Assembly (NCBI GenBank): GCA_963727175.1
Contig: CAVSFD010000002.1
Location: forward strand, 4,620,942 to 4,684,941
Reading direction: 5' to 3'
DNA length: 64,000 nt
From: an uncultured Spirochaetota bacterium
GTDB lineage: Bacteria > Spirochaetota > UBA4802 > UBA5550
Below the pieces are notes generated by a model. That model made no database searches and had not been told where the DNA came from. It worked only from the letters and a program-made list of their open reading frames with translations. Position numbers and translations under genes: made by a program. Positions 38,077-47,586 of the stretch are shown piece after piece; the first letter of the stretch is position 1; each line of letters starts with the position of its first letter.

Positions 38077-38730
38077 TCAGCCGTTTTCACGCAATGTCGC
38101 GGCCACGGGGAAGGTTATGTGGAAATTCTCTATGGCGGTGACCGCGATGGGCTTCAGGGAGCAGACTTCAGGGAACAGTTGCGGGTTGCAGTATATGGAC
38201 TCCAGGACAGCCAGCCTTCCGCGGCCGCTGCCGTTGAACTCGGTAAAAAATATGGTCTTCCCCCCGAGTTTCTGCACGAGGGCATGGGAAAAATATTTAG
38301 TGCTGACCCTGAAGGGGACATACCGTTTCCTCAGGATCGCGTCGAAAACAACGGAACCCTCTTTCGTCACTATAATGCGCTCCCTTCGATTATCAATCCT
38401 GATCGTTTGAAAATCGGCCAGCTCCTTGGGGATTCCCCAGTTCGCCCTTCCGTTGTCAACACTCTCCTTGGTGGAAACATAGATTTTCGTGATGGAGTAG
38501 AACTTCTTGTAGAGATAATCGAATTCCCCCGGGATAAAGAGCAGTTCCTTGTAGGGACCGGCATCGGATTTCCCGTAATCGACCAGCATGATGGTGCCGA
38601 AACCGCCGGCCGGTTTATCGCTCAGGCTGATGTTGAAGAAAGGACTATCATTGTATTTCTTCAGGAACTTGTAAATGAAGATGTAGCCGTTACCGGTGAG
38701 GCTCCACGGAGCCGGGAATTTCTTTGTCAT
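38077..38730 (-). CDS. acetoacetate decarboxylase (ADC)-like family protein
   Basis: 217 aa. The N-terminal PAPWSLTGNGYIFIY and overall beta-rich composition match my recollection of the ADC-like family. Not verified. Confidence 0.6.
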   Translation of the reverse strand: MTKKFPAPWSLTGNGYIFIYKFLKKYNDSPFFNISLSDKPAGGFGTIMLVDYGKSDAGPYKELLFIPGEFDYLYKKFYSITKIYVSTKESVDNGRANWGIPKELADFQTIRIDNRRERIIVTKEGSVVFDAILRKRYVPFRVSTKYFSHALVQKLGGKTIFFTEFNGSGRGRLAVLESIYCNPQLFPEVCSLKPIAVTAIENFHITFPVAATLRENG

Positions 38731-38850
38731 AAAAATATCTCCTTATGGTATGATGGATATCATGAAAGACCCTGCGTATATTAATCAATAATTATTTGCA
38801 TTTTGCAAGTATTTTTTTCATACATAAATTTCCCAAAAAAATATAAAATG

Positions 38851-38945
38851 TTCCCGCGGAGTCGCGGAGACGCAGAGAAAAAATGGAGAATCAGTATATC
38901 TTGGGCAAATCATTAAGACTCTGCGCCTCAGCGCCTCTGCGAGAG
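38851..38945. repeat. MITE/REP-like element copy A: inverted arms each made of three CGCRGAGN octamers
   Basis: The left arm is CGCGGAGT CGCGGAGA CGCAGAGA. The right arm CTCTGCGC CTCAGCGC CTCTGCGA is its approximate reverse complement. It is homologous to copy B at 49661-49792 and lies in the divergent intergenic region. Confidence 0.7.
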
Positions 38946-39061
38946 ATATTTTTTCATGGTTATTGTCAGGTATATTAAGTTCAAACAGAGGGGCCGTGAA
39001 CAAAAATGATTGCAATTTTCCCTGCACGCCGGGGATATATCAGAAATCAAAAATCAGGGAA

Positions 39062-39766
39062 ATGAACATGTCGATTAAAGAGCTGCGGGCTGAATTGCGT
39101 GCCCTCGCCGACCCGCGCCAGGCGGAGAATCTCCTGCGCTTTTTCAAGACCGGCCCGGGCCAGTACGGCGAGGGTGACCGGTTCATGGGGATCAAGGTGC
39201 CGGTCCAGAGAACCATCGCGACGAAGCACCGAGACCTCCCCCTCGGGGACGTTGCGAAGCTCCTCCGGTCGCCCCTTCATGAAGAACGCCTGGTGTCGCT
39301 CCTGATACTCATTCAAAAATACAACAAAGCCGACGACGCCGCGCGGAAGGAGATCATCGACCTTTACCTGGCGAGCACTAACTTCATAAACAACTGGGAC
39401 CTGGTGGACCTTTCCGCCCCGCAGCTGCTGGGAAGACACCTCCACGGCGGGAGCATGAAAGAGCTTCGGAAAATGGCGCGGTCATCCAGCCTCTGGGAAC
39501 GGAGAATATCAATCCTGTCCACCCACTATTTCATTAAAAAAAATGAGTTTGATATGACCCTCGAACTGGCGGAACGGCTCCTCAACGACAAACATGACCT
39601 TATCCACAAGGCCGTGGGATGGATGCTCCGGGAAGTGGGAAAGCGGAACCTGGAAGCGGAAACATCCTTTCTCGACAAACATGCCGCCGCGATGCCAAGG
39701 ACCATGCTGCGGTACGCCATTGAACGGTTCCCTGAAAAACTTCGCCGCTCTTATATGGCCCGATAG
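39062..39766 (+). CDS. DNA alkylation repair protein (AlkD-like HEAT-repeat family)
   Basis: LRALADPRQAENLLRFFKTGPGQYGEGDRFMGIKVPVQRTIA...SPLHEERLVSL matches the DNA_alkylation family pattern. The track ORF start (38963) reads through the repeat element, so I chose ATG 39062, after AGGGA. Confidence 0.8.
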   Translation: MNMSIKELRAELRALADPRQAENLLRFFKTGPGQYGEGDRFMGIKVPVQRTIATKHRDLPLGDVAKLLRSPLHEERLVSLLILIQKYNKADDAARKEIIDLYLASTNFINNWDLVDLSAPQLLGRHLHGGSMKELRKMARSSSLWERRISILSTHYFIKKNEFDMTLELAERLLNDKHDLIHKAVGWMLREVGKRNLEAETSFLDKHAAAMPRTMLRYAIERFPEKLRRSYMAR

Positions 39767-39856
39767 GATACGTGTACCTGCATCGAGGAAGGAATCGGGC
39801 GACTGGGCGTTGCGATCAAAAAAATGATGGGATCCCGGGGCTGATCCGCGGGGCGG

Positions 39857-40264
39857 TCACCCAACCCCCTTCCCGGCAAAGAAATCGCGGTACTTCATGT
39901 CCGTTCCCCTGATGTGATTAACCAGCCAGTCTTTTAAAAAACTCATCAGCTCCAGTGAAAAAGCGGTCTTCCCCTCCCTGAGCCGGGTGTTGAATTCAGC
40001 CACCTGCTTCATCAGTTCATAGTGCTCGCGACGGTGTGCTTTTATGTCGGGATAGTCATGCTTCGACATCAGTTCCTCTTCGCGGCCGAAGTGCTCCTTC
40101 GTGTAGCTGATAAGGCCGTCAAGGATATAGGTCATCTGCGTTATCCCGATACCGGAGACGATGCCGCCATGGAGGTCATTGATATAGCCGACCAGGCGGC
40201 GGTGATCCTCATTGAATTGCGATACCCCGACATCAAGGGTATTATCCCAGGTCACAAAAGCCAT
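39857..40264 (-). CDS. bacteriohemerythrin
   Basis: W-x-vG...FNEDHRRL, KEHFGREEELM, HRREHYEL, VNHIRGTD: the full His/Glu/Asp di-iron ligand series. 135 aa. Confidence 0.85.
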   Translation of the reverse strand: MAFVTWDNTLDVGVSQFNEDHRRLVGYINDLHGGIVSGIGITQMTYILDGLISYTKEHFGREEELMSKHDYPDIKAHRREHYELMKQVAEFNTRLREGKTAFSLELMSFLKDWLVNHIRGTDMKYRDFFAGKGVG

Positions 40265-40282
40265 GTCATTCTCCTGTAGAAT

Positions 40283-43200
40283 TTATTTCTTGGGGAACCT
40301 GACCGTAAACCGCGTTCCATGGGAACGGTCCAGGTCAATGGTCCCGGAAAGCTGTTTCGCGAGCATCGGCGTCAGGGACAGACCCAGGGTGTGCGTCTTT
40401 GTGAAGTCCACCGATTCAGGTATCCCGATGCCGTTATCGCTGACAATGATCTCGATCATGCCGTCCTTCTCGCTGACTGAAACGAGGATATCCGGCGTGC
40501 CTTTCCAGTCCGGCGGGAAGGCGTACTTCAGGGCGTTTGTCAGCAATTCATTGATGATAAGGCCGCAGGGGATTGCCTGGTCTATATTCAACTCTATCCT
40601 GCCGGCTTCAATGCGCGGTTCGTTTACCGGCACCTCGTGATGGAAACTGGCGTGGAGCTCATTGGCTATGGTGGAAAGATACCTGGAGATGTCCAGCCTC
40701 GAGATGTCTTCCGACTGGTACAGAAGCTCATGGATCAGTGCCATTGACCTGATACGGCTCTGGGCATCGGCGAAGTATTTTTTGATGTCGCTGTTCTCTA
40801 TATTCGCGGACTGGAGGTTGATGAGGCTCAGGATGACCTGGAAGTTGTTCTTGACCCGATGATGCACCTCCCGGAGGAGGGTCTCCTTTTCCCTGAGGGA
40901 CCTCCGCACCTGCTCCTCCATCTGCCTGCGCTCGGTAATATCACGGCCGATCCCCTGGATGCCGACAGGCTTCCCGTCTTTTACCATAAGCTGGGAAATA
41001 ACCTCCAGGGGTATCCGGCCGCCATTTTTGGCTTGAAGCTCAACCTCATAGGTAGTCGAATCGCCCTGTTCGATCTTTTGTTTCAACATGCTCCAGGCAA
41101 GATCCTTATATTCAGGCGCCACAATATCTGATATGGTCATATTGATCCCTTCTTCATATGAATATCCTGTTTTTAACATGACCTGATTGTTAAAGGATGT
41201 ATATTTACCATTAAGATCAAGGGTAAAAACAAAATCATTGGCGTTATCGAAAAGATACCGGTACCGTTCCTCGCTTTCCCTCAGGGCCAGCTCCGCCTTC
41301 CAACGGCTTGTTATGTCAATGACGACCACCATCACTCCCATTATTTCATTATTCAAGTCCCTGACGGGGCTCATGGAGGCGGAGACCCAGAGAGACGCAT
41401 CGCTGGTGGTGGCCATGTAGGGGCCCTCATAATAGGACGTTTTGCCGGTCAGGGCCTCCGTGATAGAGGGGGTCACCGTCTTGTCCCGAAGATTCTTAAT
41501 ATCGAAACCGATGATCTTCTCCCGTTCGGAATGCATGATTTCCGCATAGCGCCTGTTGCAGTCGCTGACAATGAGGTCCCGGGAAAAAATAACGATCCCC
41601 GCAGGAGACTGGTCAAAAACAGCCCTGAACAATTCGTCCCGCTCCCGCAGGGACACCTCCGCCTGCCGGCGGTCCGTCAGGTCCACGACGACCAGGAGGC
41701 CGCCCTTCACCGTTCCGTCAATTCCCCTTATGGGGCTTATGCTGGTGGAGACCCAGAGCACGGCATCGCTGAATGACGTATGATAGGGACCTTCGTAGTA
41801 GGACGCCTTCCCGGCGATGGCATCTGTAAGCAAGGGAAGCATTGCCTTCTCCCTCATCAGGGATATGTCATACCCTATGATTCGCTCCCGCAATGCCCCC
41901 ACCATGTCGGCAAATCGCTTGTTGCAGTCGGTGACCTTCAGATACTTCGAAAAGATAACAATGCCCACCGGGGACTGATCGTAGATGGCCAGGAAATTTT
42001 CTTCCTGCTCCTTCAGGGCCTCCTCGGTCATTTTAAGCTCGGTGACATCGATAACGACGCCGATCCCCCCGACAACATCCCCGCCCGGTCCGCGCAGGGG
42101 GCTGACCGTGGCGGAAATCCACGGTGTCGATCCTGTCAGGGTTGAAATATAAGGGCCTTCGTAAAACCCCGGCTTCCCTTCAAGGGCCTCACGGATGCCC
42201 GAGATAATTCCCTTTTCTTTTAAAAGGTTCAGGTTGAGCCCGACAACCAGTTCCCGGGGTGCCTTGATGATATCGGCAAACTGCTGGTTGCAGTCACGTA
42301 CGACAAGGTCGCGGTCATACATGAAGACCCCGGCGGACGACTGGTCAAAGAGTGCACGGAACTTCTCTTCGCTCTGTTTCAGGGCCTCAGCAGCCCTCTT
42401 GTGTTCGGTGACGTCATAGGCGGCCGCGAGCACGTACTTCAGTCCGCCGGAATTGATAATAACACCGGACCAGATCACGTTTTTTATCTTTCCAGATTTG
42501 GTCCGCATATCGATGGGGATGTCACGAATCGATCTCGTTTCGCTTAACCTGGCGAACAGCTGTTGACGAATTTCCGGCATGATCAACGCGGCGAGTTCCG
42601 TGGAAGTATAGCCGATCACCTCTTCCCGCGTGCGTTCCGACAGTTTGAGGAATTCGTCATTCACGTCGACATATCTTCCTTCCGGAAGTGACATGATCGA
42701 AAGTCCGATGGGGCTTCCGTAAAAGGCCGCGTGAAATTTCTCCTCGGTTTCCTTCAGGGCTTCAATGGCGCGCTTGCGTTCGGTGATATCGCGCGACACC
42801 CCGTGGAGCCCGATGATGCGGCCATCGCTGTCACGGATTGCCTTAACCGTGTTTTCCATCATCACCGTTGTGCCGTCCTTCCGGTAATGATCGCACTCGA
42901 TGGTCACCACCCTGTCGGTGTCAGCGCCTTCCAGTGCTTCTTTCTTCTTCTCCTCGGCAAACTGCTCCATGACCCTTGCAAGGGACTCCGGGGTTAAAAT
43001 ATCATCTATCCGGCGGGACATGTATTCCTCGACCGTAAAACCTGTCGCCTTTTCGACCGAGGGACTCATGTAGGTTACCTTGAAATCCGCATCAGTAGTC
43101 CACACAATATCGCTTATCATGTCAGTTATGAAACGGTGCTGGGCCTCGCTCTTTCGCAACGCATCATCGGAGGCCCTGCGTTCCGTGACATCCCGGGCGA

Positions 43201-44299
43201 TGCCCTGAATGGCAAAGGGTTTCCCTTCGCGGTAGATCATCGAGCCGAGGGTTTCAATGTATTTAATGCCGCCGCCATTTGTTTTAAGCCGGTATTCCTT
43301 CTTCTCCTTCTGTAACCCCGTGTTAATTATTTCACCGGCCATAGCCATGGCCACCGGGAGCTGATCTTCAGACAGGAGAGATTGGAAACTCACCTTTGTT
43401 ATTTCCTCCCTGGTGTACCCCAGCAGGTCCAGGGCGGCCTTGTTGGCGTCAAGGAAATTCCCGGCGAAATCATGCACATAGATGCAGTCGAGGGAGCGGT
43501 TGAACAGTGAGAGATAGCGTTCTTCACTCTCCCGGATGGCCGCTTCCGCGCTCTTGCGCTCCGTGATGTCCCTCGAGGAAAATACCGCGCCGTCAAACTC
43601 TCCATCGGCCGTGAACAAATAGGTGGTTGTGGAATCCATCCAGACATAATTCCCGTCTGCCTTCTGGCACCGGAATTCCCCCCGTATGAAGGGCTTTTCA
43701 CCAATGAAATGGCGGTATGCGTCTATAACCATTTTTCTGTCATCCGTATGGACGACGTCGAAGAACTTCATCCGGAACATTTCGTCAAGGTCATACCCAA
43801 GGATTCTCTGGTGGGAGGGGCTCACGTAGGTAAAATTATCATCCCGGTCGACCCAGCTGATGAGATCGACCATGTTTTCAGCGACCAGGCGGTACTTTTC
43901 CTCGCTGTCCCGAAGTTTCATTTCAAGGGCGCGCCGGTTCAGGGCGGTATCGATGGTTGAAAAAAGATGCTGGGCATTGACCGGCTTGATGATATAGCCG
44001 TAGGGATTGGTCTCCCGTGCCCGCGCGACCGTCGCCATGTCGGCATTCCCGGTGAGGTATACCACCGGTATATCATAGGCGTTCATTATTTCCCTGGCCG
44101 CCTCGATGCCGTCCATTGTTCCCGGCATCACGATATCCATGAGGATGATGTCCGGCCGTGACTCACCGCACCTCCTGACGGCATCCGCGGCATTGTTGAC
44201 CACGCCGATCACTTCATATCCAAGGCCGGTAAGCGCGGATTTCAGATGCATACCTATTATAGCCTCATCCTCTGCGATGAGCACTCTCTGTTTCGTCAT
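40283..44299 (-). CDS. REC - multi-PAS - HisKA_2/HATPase sensor kinase
   Basis: An N-terminal receiver (VLIAEDE...ILMDIVMPG) is followed by at least 8 PAS modules. The H-box is EKETLLREVHHRVKNNFQVILSLINLQ (HisKA_2 type), and a C-terminal ATPase is present. 1338 aa. Confidence 0.9.
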   Translation of the reverse strand: MTKQRVLIAEDEAIIGMHLKSALTGLGYEVIGVVNNAADAVRRCGESRPDIILMDIVMPGTMDGIEAAREIMNAYDIPVVYLTGNADMATVARARETNPYGYIIKPVNAQHLFSTIDTALNRRALEMKLRDSEEKYRLVAENMVDLISWVDRDDNFTYVSPSHQRILGYDLDEMFRMKFFDVVHTDDRKMVIDAYRHFIGEKPFIRGEFRCQKADGNYVWMDSTTTYLFTADGEFDGAVFSSRDITERKSAEAAIRESEERYLSLFNRSLDCIYVHDFAGNFLDANKAALDLLGYTREEITKVSFQSLLSEDQLPVAMAMAGEIINTGLQKEKKEYRLKTNGGGIKYIETLGSMIYREGKPFAIQGIARDVTERRASDDALRKSEAQHRFITDMISDIVWTTDADFKVTYMSPSVEKATGFTVEEYMSRRIDDILTPESLARVMEQFAEEKKKEALEGADTDRVVTIECDHYRKDGTTVMMENTVKAIRDSDGRIIGLHGVSRDITERKRAIEALKETEEKFHAAFYGSPIGLSIMSLPEGRYVDVNDEFLKLSERTREEVIGYTSTELAALIMPEIRQQLFARLSETRSIRDIPIDMRTKSGKIKNVIWSGVIINSGGLKYVLAAAYDVTEHKRAAEALKQSEEKFRALFDQSSAGVFMYDRDLVVRDCNQQFADIIKAPRELVVGLNLNLLKEKGIISGIREALEGKPGFYEGPYISTLTGSTPWISATVSPLRGPGGDVVGGIGVVIDVTELKMTEEALKEQEENFLAIYDQSPVGIVIFSKYLKVTDCNKRFADMVGALRERIIGYDISLMREKAMLPLLTDAIAGKASYYEGPYHTSFSDAVLWVSTSISPIRGIDGTVKGGLLVVVDLTDRRQAEVSLRERDELFRAVFDQSPAGIVIFSRDLIVSDCNRRYAEIMHSEREKIIGFDIKNLRDKTVTPSITEALTGKTSYYEGPYMATTSDASLWVSASMSPVRDLNNEIMGVMVVVIDITSRWKAELALRESEERYRYLFDNANDFVFTLDLNGKYTSFNNQVMLKTGYSYEEGINMTISDIVAPEYKDLAWSMLKQKIEQGDSTTYEVELQAKNGGRIPLEVISQLMVKDGKPVGIQGIGRDITERRQMEEQVRRSLREKETLLREVHHRVKNNFQVILSLINLQSANIENSDIKKYFADAQSRIRSMALIHELLYQSEDISRLDISRYLSTIANELHASFHHEVPVNEPRIEAGRIELNIDQAIPCGLIINELLTNALKYAFPPDWKGTPDILVSVSEKDGMIEIIVSDNGIGIPESVDFTKTHTLGLSLTPMLAKQLSGTIDLDRSHGTRFTVRFPKK

Positions 44300-44348
44300 T
44301 CCAACTCCTTGAGGTTATCTATAAAAATCAATCCTGAAGTATTAGAGG

Positions 44349-47300
44349 TTATCCCAGGACCTCTTTCAATTTGGCCGCCAGGCTGTCCATCTGGTACGGC
44401 TTCTGTATGAAACCTGCCGGCCCCTTCCCGGAAAACCGGTGGGTGATCTCCTGTTCATTGTAACCGCTTGACATGATCACGCGGACGTCCTCCCTGATTT
44501 TACGGAGCTCGTGGAAGGCCTCTTCGCCGTCCATGTGCGGCATGGTCAGGTCAAGGATAACGCAGTCGATCCCGTCCGGGCGCTGCCGGTACAGGTCAAG
44601 GGCCTCCCGCCCGTCCGAGGCGATGATTACCGTCAGCCCCAGGCGCTCCAGCATCCGCTTTCCGAGGGTGCGGATGGTTTCCTCATCATCAACCAGCAGG
44701 ACTGTCCCGCTGCCCCTCCATCCAAGCTGGGCGCTCTGGGCACCCTCCTGGTGCTCCGCGGATCCTTCCGCCGCCGGGATAAGTATCTTGAAGGTGGTAC
44801 CCCTGCCCCTCTCGCTGGAGAGCTTGATGGCCCCCCGGTGGCCCCGCACGATGCCGAGTACCGCGGCGAGGCCGAGGCCCCGGCCGGTGAACTTGGTGGT
44901 GAAGAAGGGGTCGAAGATCTTCGGAAGCATCCCCGGGTCCATGCCGCTGCCGGTATCAGCCACCTCGATATAGACATAGGCACCCTCGGGGAGCCCTTCA
45001 TTCAGCCAGGTTTCGGAGAGATACGAGCGGTCGCATTCCATGACACCCGTCGAGATCGAGATGAAGCCGCTCTTCTCCCCTACGGCGTCCGAGGCGTTGA
45101 TCACGAGGTTCATGATTATCTGCCGCATCTGCGTGGCGTCGGCCTCGATGGAGGGAAGCCCGGGAGCTAAATTGTAGCGAAGCATTGCCTTTTTTGAAAC
45201 TGAGACCTCCAGCATGTGCCTCATGTCTTCTATGATTTCATTCAGGCTGATCACCTCGTTCACGAAGCGCCCCTTCCCTGAGTAGGCGAGCATCTGCCGG
45301 CACAGGTCGGCGGCGCGCTGCGATGCCTTTGCTGCTTCCATCAGGTTCCCCCGCGCCGGCGACGAGGACGAAAGGTCAAGGAGGGCGAGGTCGATGTTGC
45401 CCAGTATCGCCATCAGGAGATTGTTGAAATCGTGGGCGATTCCTCCGGCGAGGACCCCCAGGCTTTCCAGCTTCTGCGTCTGCTGGATCTGCGAATCCAT
45501 TTTCCGGCGCTCCTCCTCGGCCAGCTTCCGCTCCGCAATATCACGGATAAAGAGAAGCACCGCCGGCTGTCCTTCCCAGCTGAAGAGCACCGAGTTGAGC
45601 TCCACCCACTTGATGGCGCCCGCGCTGTCAACCAGGCGCGCCTCGTAGATGAAGGGAGTCGTGTCCCCTTCCAGCCTCCTCCGGTACCGGTCGGAAATCA
45701 TCCTGCGGTCATCGGGGAAGACAAATTCGGTGAATTTCCTCGAACCGAGATATTCCGCGGTATACCCGATGAGATTGATGATCCGCGGATTCACAAAGAC
45801 AAAGCGCCAGTCCTGGAGAACCACGATGCCTTCATTGGCGTTGTTGACGAGGAGGCTGTTCCGCTCCTCGGAAACCTTCAGTTTTTCCTGCGCGAGATTG
45901 CGCTCCGTCATATCTTCGATGACCGCCATGCCGCCGATGACATTTCCGCCCCCGTCGCGCAGGGGGCTCGCAATGACCGATAGCCACAGGACTATACCAG
46001 AGAAGGTGCCATGGTACGGCCCTTCATAGGTGACAAGATGGCCTGCCAGGACTTGCATCAGCCTGGGAACCACATAACTTTCATTCAGTTTTCCCAGTTC
46101 AAGGCCGATCAATGTTTCCCTATTCGTACTCATCATGCCGGCAAGGTTTTCATTGCATTCGGTGATTCTCATGTCCCTGTCAAACATAACCACGCCGACC
46201 GGCGACTGGTTAAACAGGGCCCGGTATCGTTCCTCACTGTCGCGGAGCGCGGTCTCGGCGTTCACGCGCTGGGTCACATCGTGACACGCGAGGAGGAGTC
46301 CCCCGATGCCGGGATCATGTATCATGTTCGTCGCCAGGGCTTCCACGTAAATCCACGATCCGTCATGCTTCCGTATCCGAAAGAGTGTGGGTATATGGGG
46401 ATTCTTTTTCTGCACTACCTCCTGGAAATCATTTAAAACCAGGGCCAGGTCGTCCGGGTGTACTATATCGAAGCCGTTACGACCGACCAGAGAATAGCCC
46501 AGTTGCACGCTGGTTATCGGGTTCTCGTATACGACAATGCCCTGCGGGTCAAGGATAAAGATGAAATCCTCCAGGTTGTCGACCAGGGCGCGGAACCGGG
46601 CCTCGCTGTTCCGCAGCGCTTCTTCAGCCCGCCGACGATCCGTTATGTCCCGCGAAACGCCATGGATGCCGATCAACCTCCCGTCCTGATCGCGGATCGG
46701 CCGCATATTGTTTTCGCACCAGACAGTCGAGCCATTTTTATGAAGGTACTCCACCTCCATGGTTATGGTCCGGCCCGGATCGGTACCGGGTATCGAGTCC
46801 AGTTTCAGTTCTTCGACAAACCTTTGCCTGACCGATGACAGAGATTCGGGCGTCAATTGCTCCTCGACATTCTGGGCGCATCGTTCTTCCGGGGTTAAGC
46901 CGAGGATACTTTCGACAGAAGGGCTGACATAGGTGGTGCGCAGTTGCAGGTTCATCGTCCAGACAATGTCGCTCATCTCGTCGGTGAGGAAACGGTATTT
47001 TTTTTCGCTTTCGACAAGGCTGGTCTCGAGGTTATGCCGCTGGATGGCGGTGTCGATCATCGAATAGAGGTGCAGGATGTTGATCGGCTTCAGGATATAG
47101 CCGTGGGGGCTCGTTTCCCGGGCACGCGAGATTGTAGGAATATCGGCGTTGCCGGTAATGTAGACCACGGGAATGGCAAGGGTGTCCTTGATGACCTTCG
47201 CGGCTTCGATACCGTCCATGGCGCCCTTGAGGACGATATCCATGAGGATCAGGTCAGGCTTGAGATCAGCCGCCATCCTGACCGCCTCTTCGCCGGACTT

Positions 47301-47402
47301 CACGCTGCCGCAGACCTCATATTCCAGCTTGGTCAGGCTGTTCTGAATATGCATCGCGACGATGGCTTCATCCTCAACGATAAGTATTCTGGTTTTTGCC
47401 AT
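44349..47402 (-). CDS. REC - multi-PAS - HisKA/HATPase - REC hybrid sensor kinase
   Basis: Start chosen at MAKTRILIVEDE (47402). The H-box is GGIAHDFNNLLMAILGNIDLA, with G-boxes and a C-terminal receiver (VLLVDDE...DCVILDLTMPHMDG). Confidence 0.9.
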   Translation of the reverse strand: MAKTRILIVEDEAIVAMHIQNSLTKLEYEVCGSVKSGEEAVRMAADLKPDLILMDIVLKGAMDGIEAAKVIKDTLAIPVVYITGNADIPTISRARETSPHGYILKPINILHLYSMIDTAIQRHNLETSLVESEKKYRFLTDEMSDIVWTMNLQLRTTYVSPSVESILGLTPEERCAQNVEEQLTPESLSSVRQRFVEELKLDSIPGTDPGRTITMEVEYLHKNGSTVWCENNMRPIRDQDGRLIGIHGVSRDITDRRRAEEALRNSEARFRALVDNLEDFIFILDPQGIVVYENPITSVQLGYSLVGRNGFDIVHPDDLALVLNDFQEVVQKKNPHIPTLFRIRKHDGSWIYVEALATNMIHDPGIGGLLLACHDVTQRVNAETALRDSEERYRALFNQSPVGVVMFDRDMRITECNENLAGMMSTNRETLIGLELGKLNESYVVPRLMQVLAGHLVTYEGPYHGTFSGIVLWLSVIASPLRDGGGNVIGGMAVIEDMTERNLAQEKLKVSEERNSLLVNNANEGIVVLQDWRFVFVNPRIINLIGYTAEYLGSRKFTEFVFPDDRRMISDRYRRRLEGDTTPFIYEARLVDSAGAIKWVELNSVLFSWEGQPAVLLFIRDIAERKLAEEERRKMDSQIQQTQKLESLGVLAGGIAHDFNNLLMAILGNIDLALLDLSSSSPARGNLMEAAKASQRAADLCRQMLAYSGKGRFVNEVISLNEIIEDMRHMLEVSVSKKAMLRYNLAPGLPSIEADATQMRQIIMNLVINASDAVGEKSGFISISTGVMECDRSYLSETWLNEGLPEGAYVYIEVADTGSGMDPGMLPKIFDPFFTTKFTGRGLGLAAVLGIVRGHRGAIKLSSERGRGTTFKILIPAAEGSAEHQEGAQSAQLGWRGSGTVLLVDDEETIRTLGKRMLERLGLTVIIASDGREALDLYRQRPDGIDCVILDLTMPHMDGEEAFHELRKIREDVRVIMSSGYNEQEITHRFSGKGPAGFIQKPYQMDSLAAKLKEVLG

Positions 47403-47586
47403 AAATCCTTGCAGAATTTTATAGGTAACTCTTCTGCCGTCATGATAAAAAAGACGCACGGCAAACTTAAATACAGCAGCACATCCGGGTTCCAGTCAAT
47501 TACATTTTATACGAGTATTGCTTCACCACAGGGACCGGGACGACATGAAAGCCCTTCCCGCATCTGCGGACCTTTTACGATTCTCC

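Noticed and set aside
38851-38945. Whether the octamer repeats could be a CRISPR array or tandem iterons
   Set aside because: The repeat units are only 8 bp, contiguous and arranged as inverted arms with no spacers. There are only two loci and no cas genes, so this is not CRISPR.
38818-39061. 69-aa minus ORF, and the 5' extension of ORF 38963..39766, across the repeat element
   Set aside because: Both read through the CGCRGAGN inverted-repeat element, and their sequence is dictated by the repeat. The AlkD-like homology starts at 39062.
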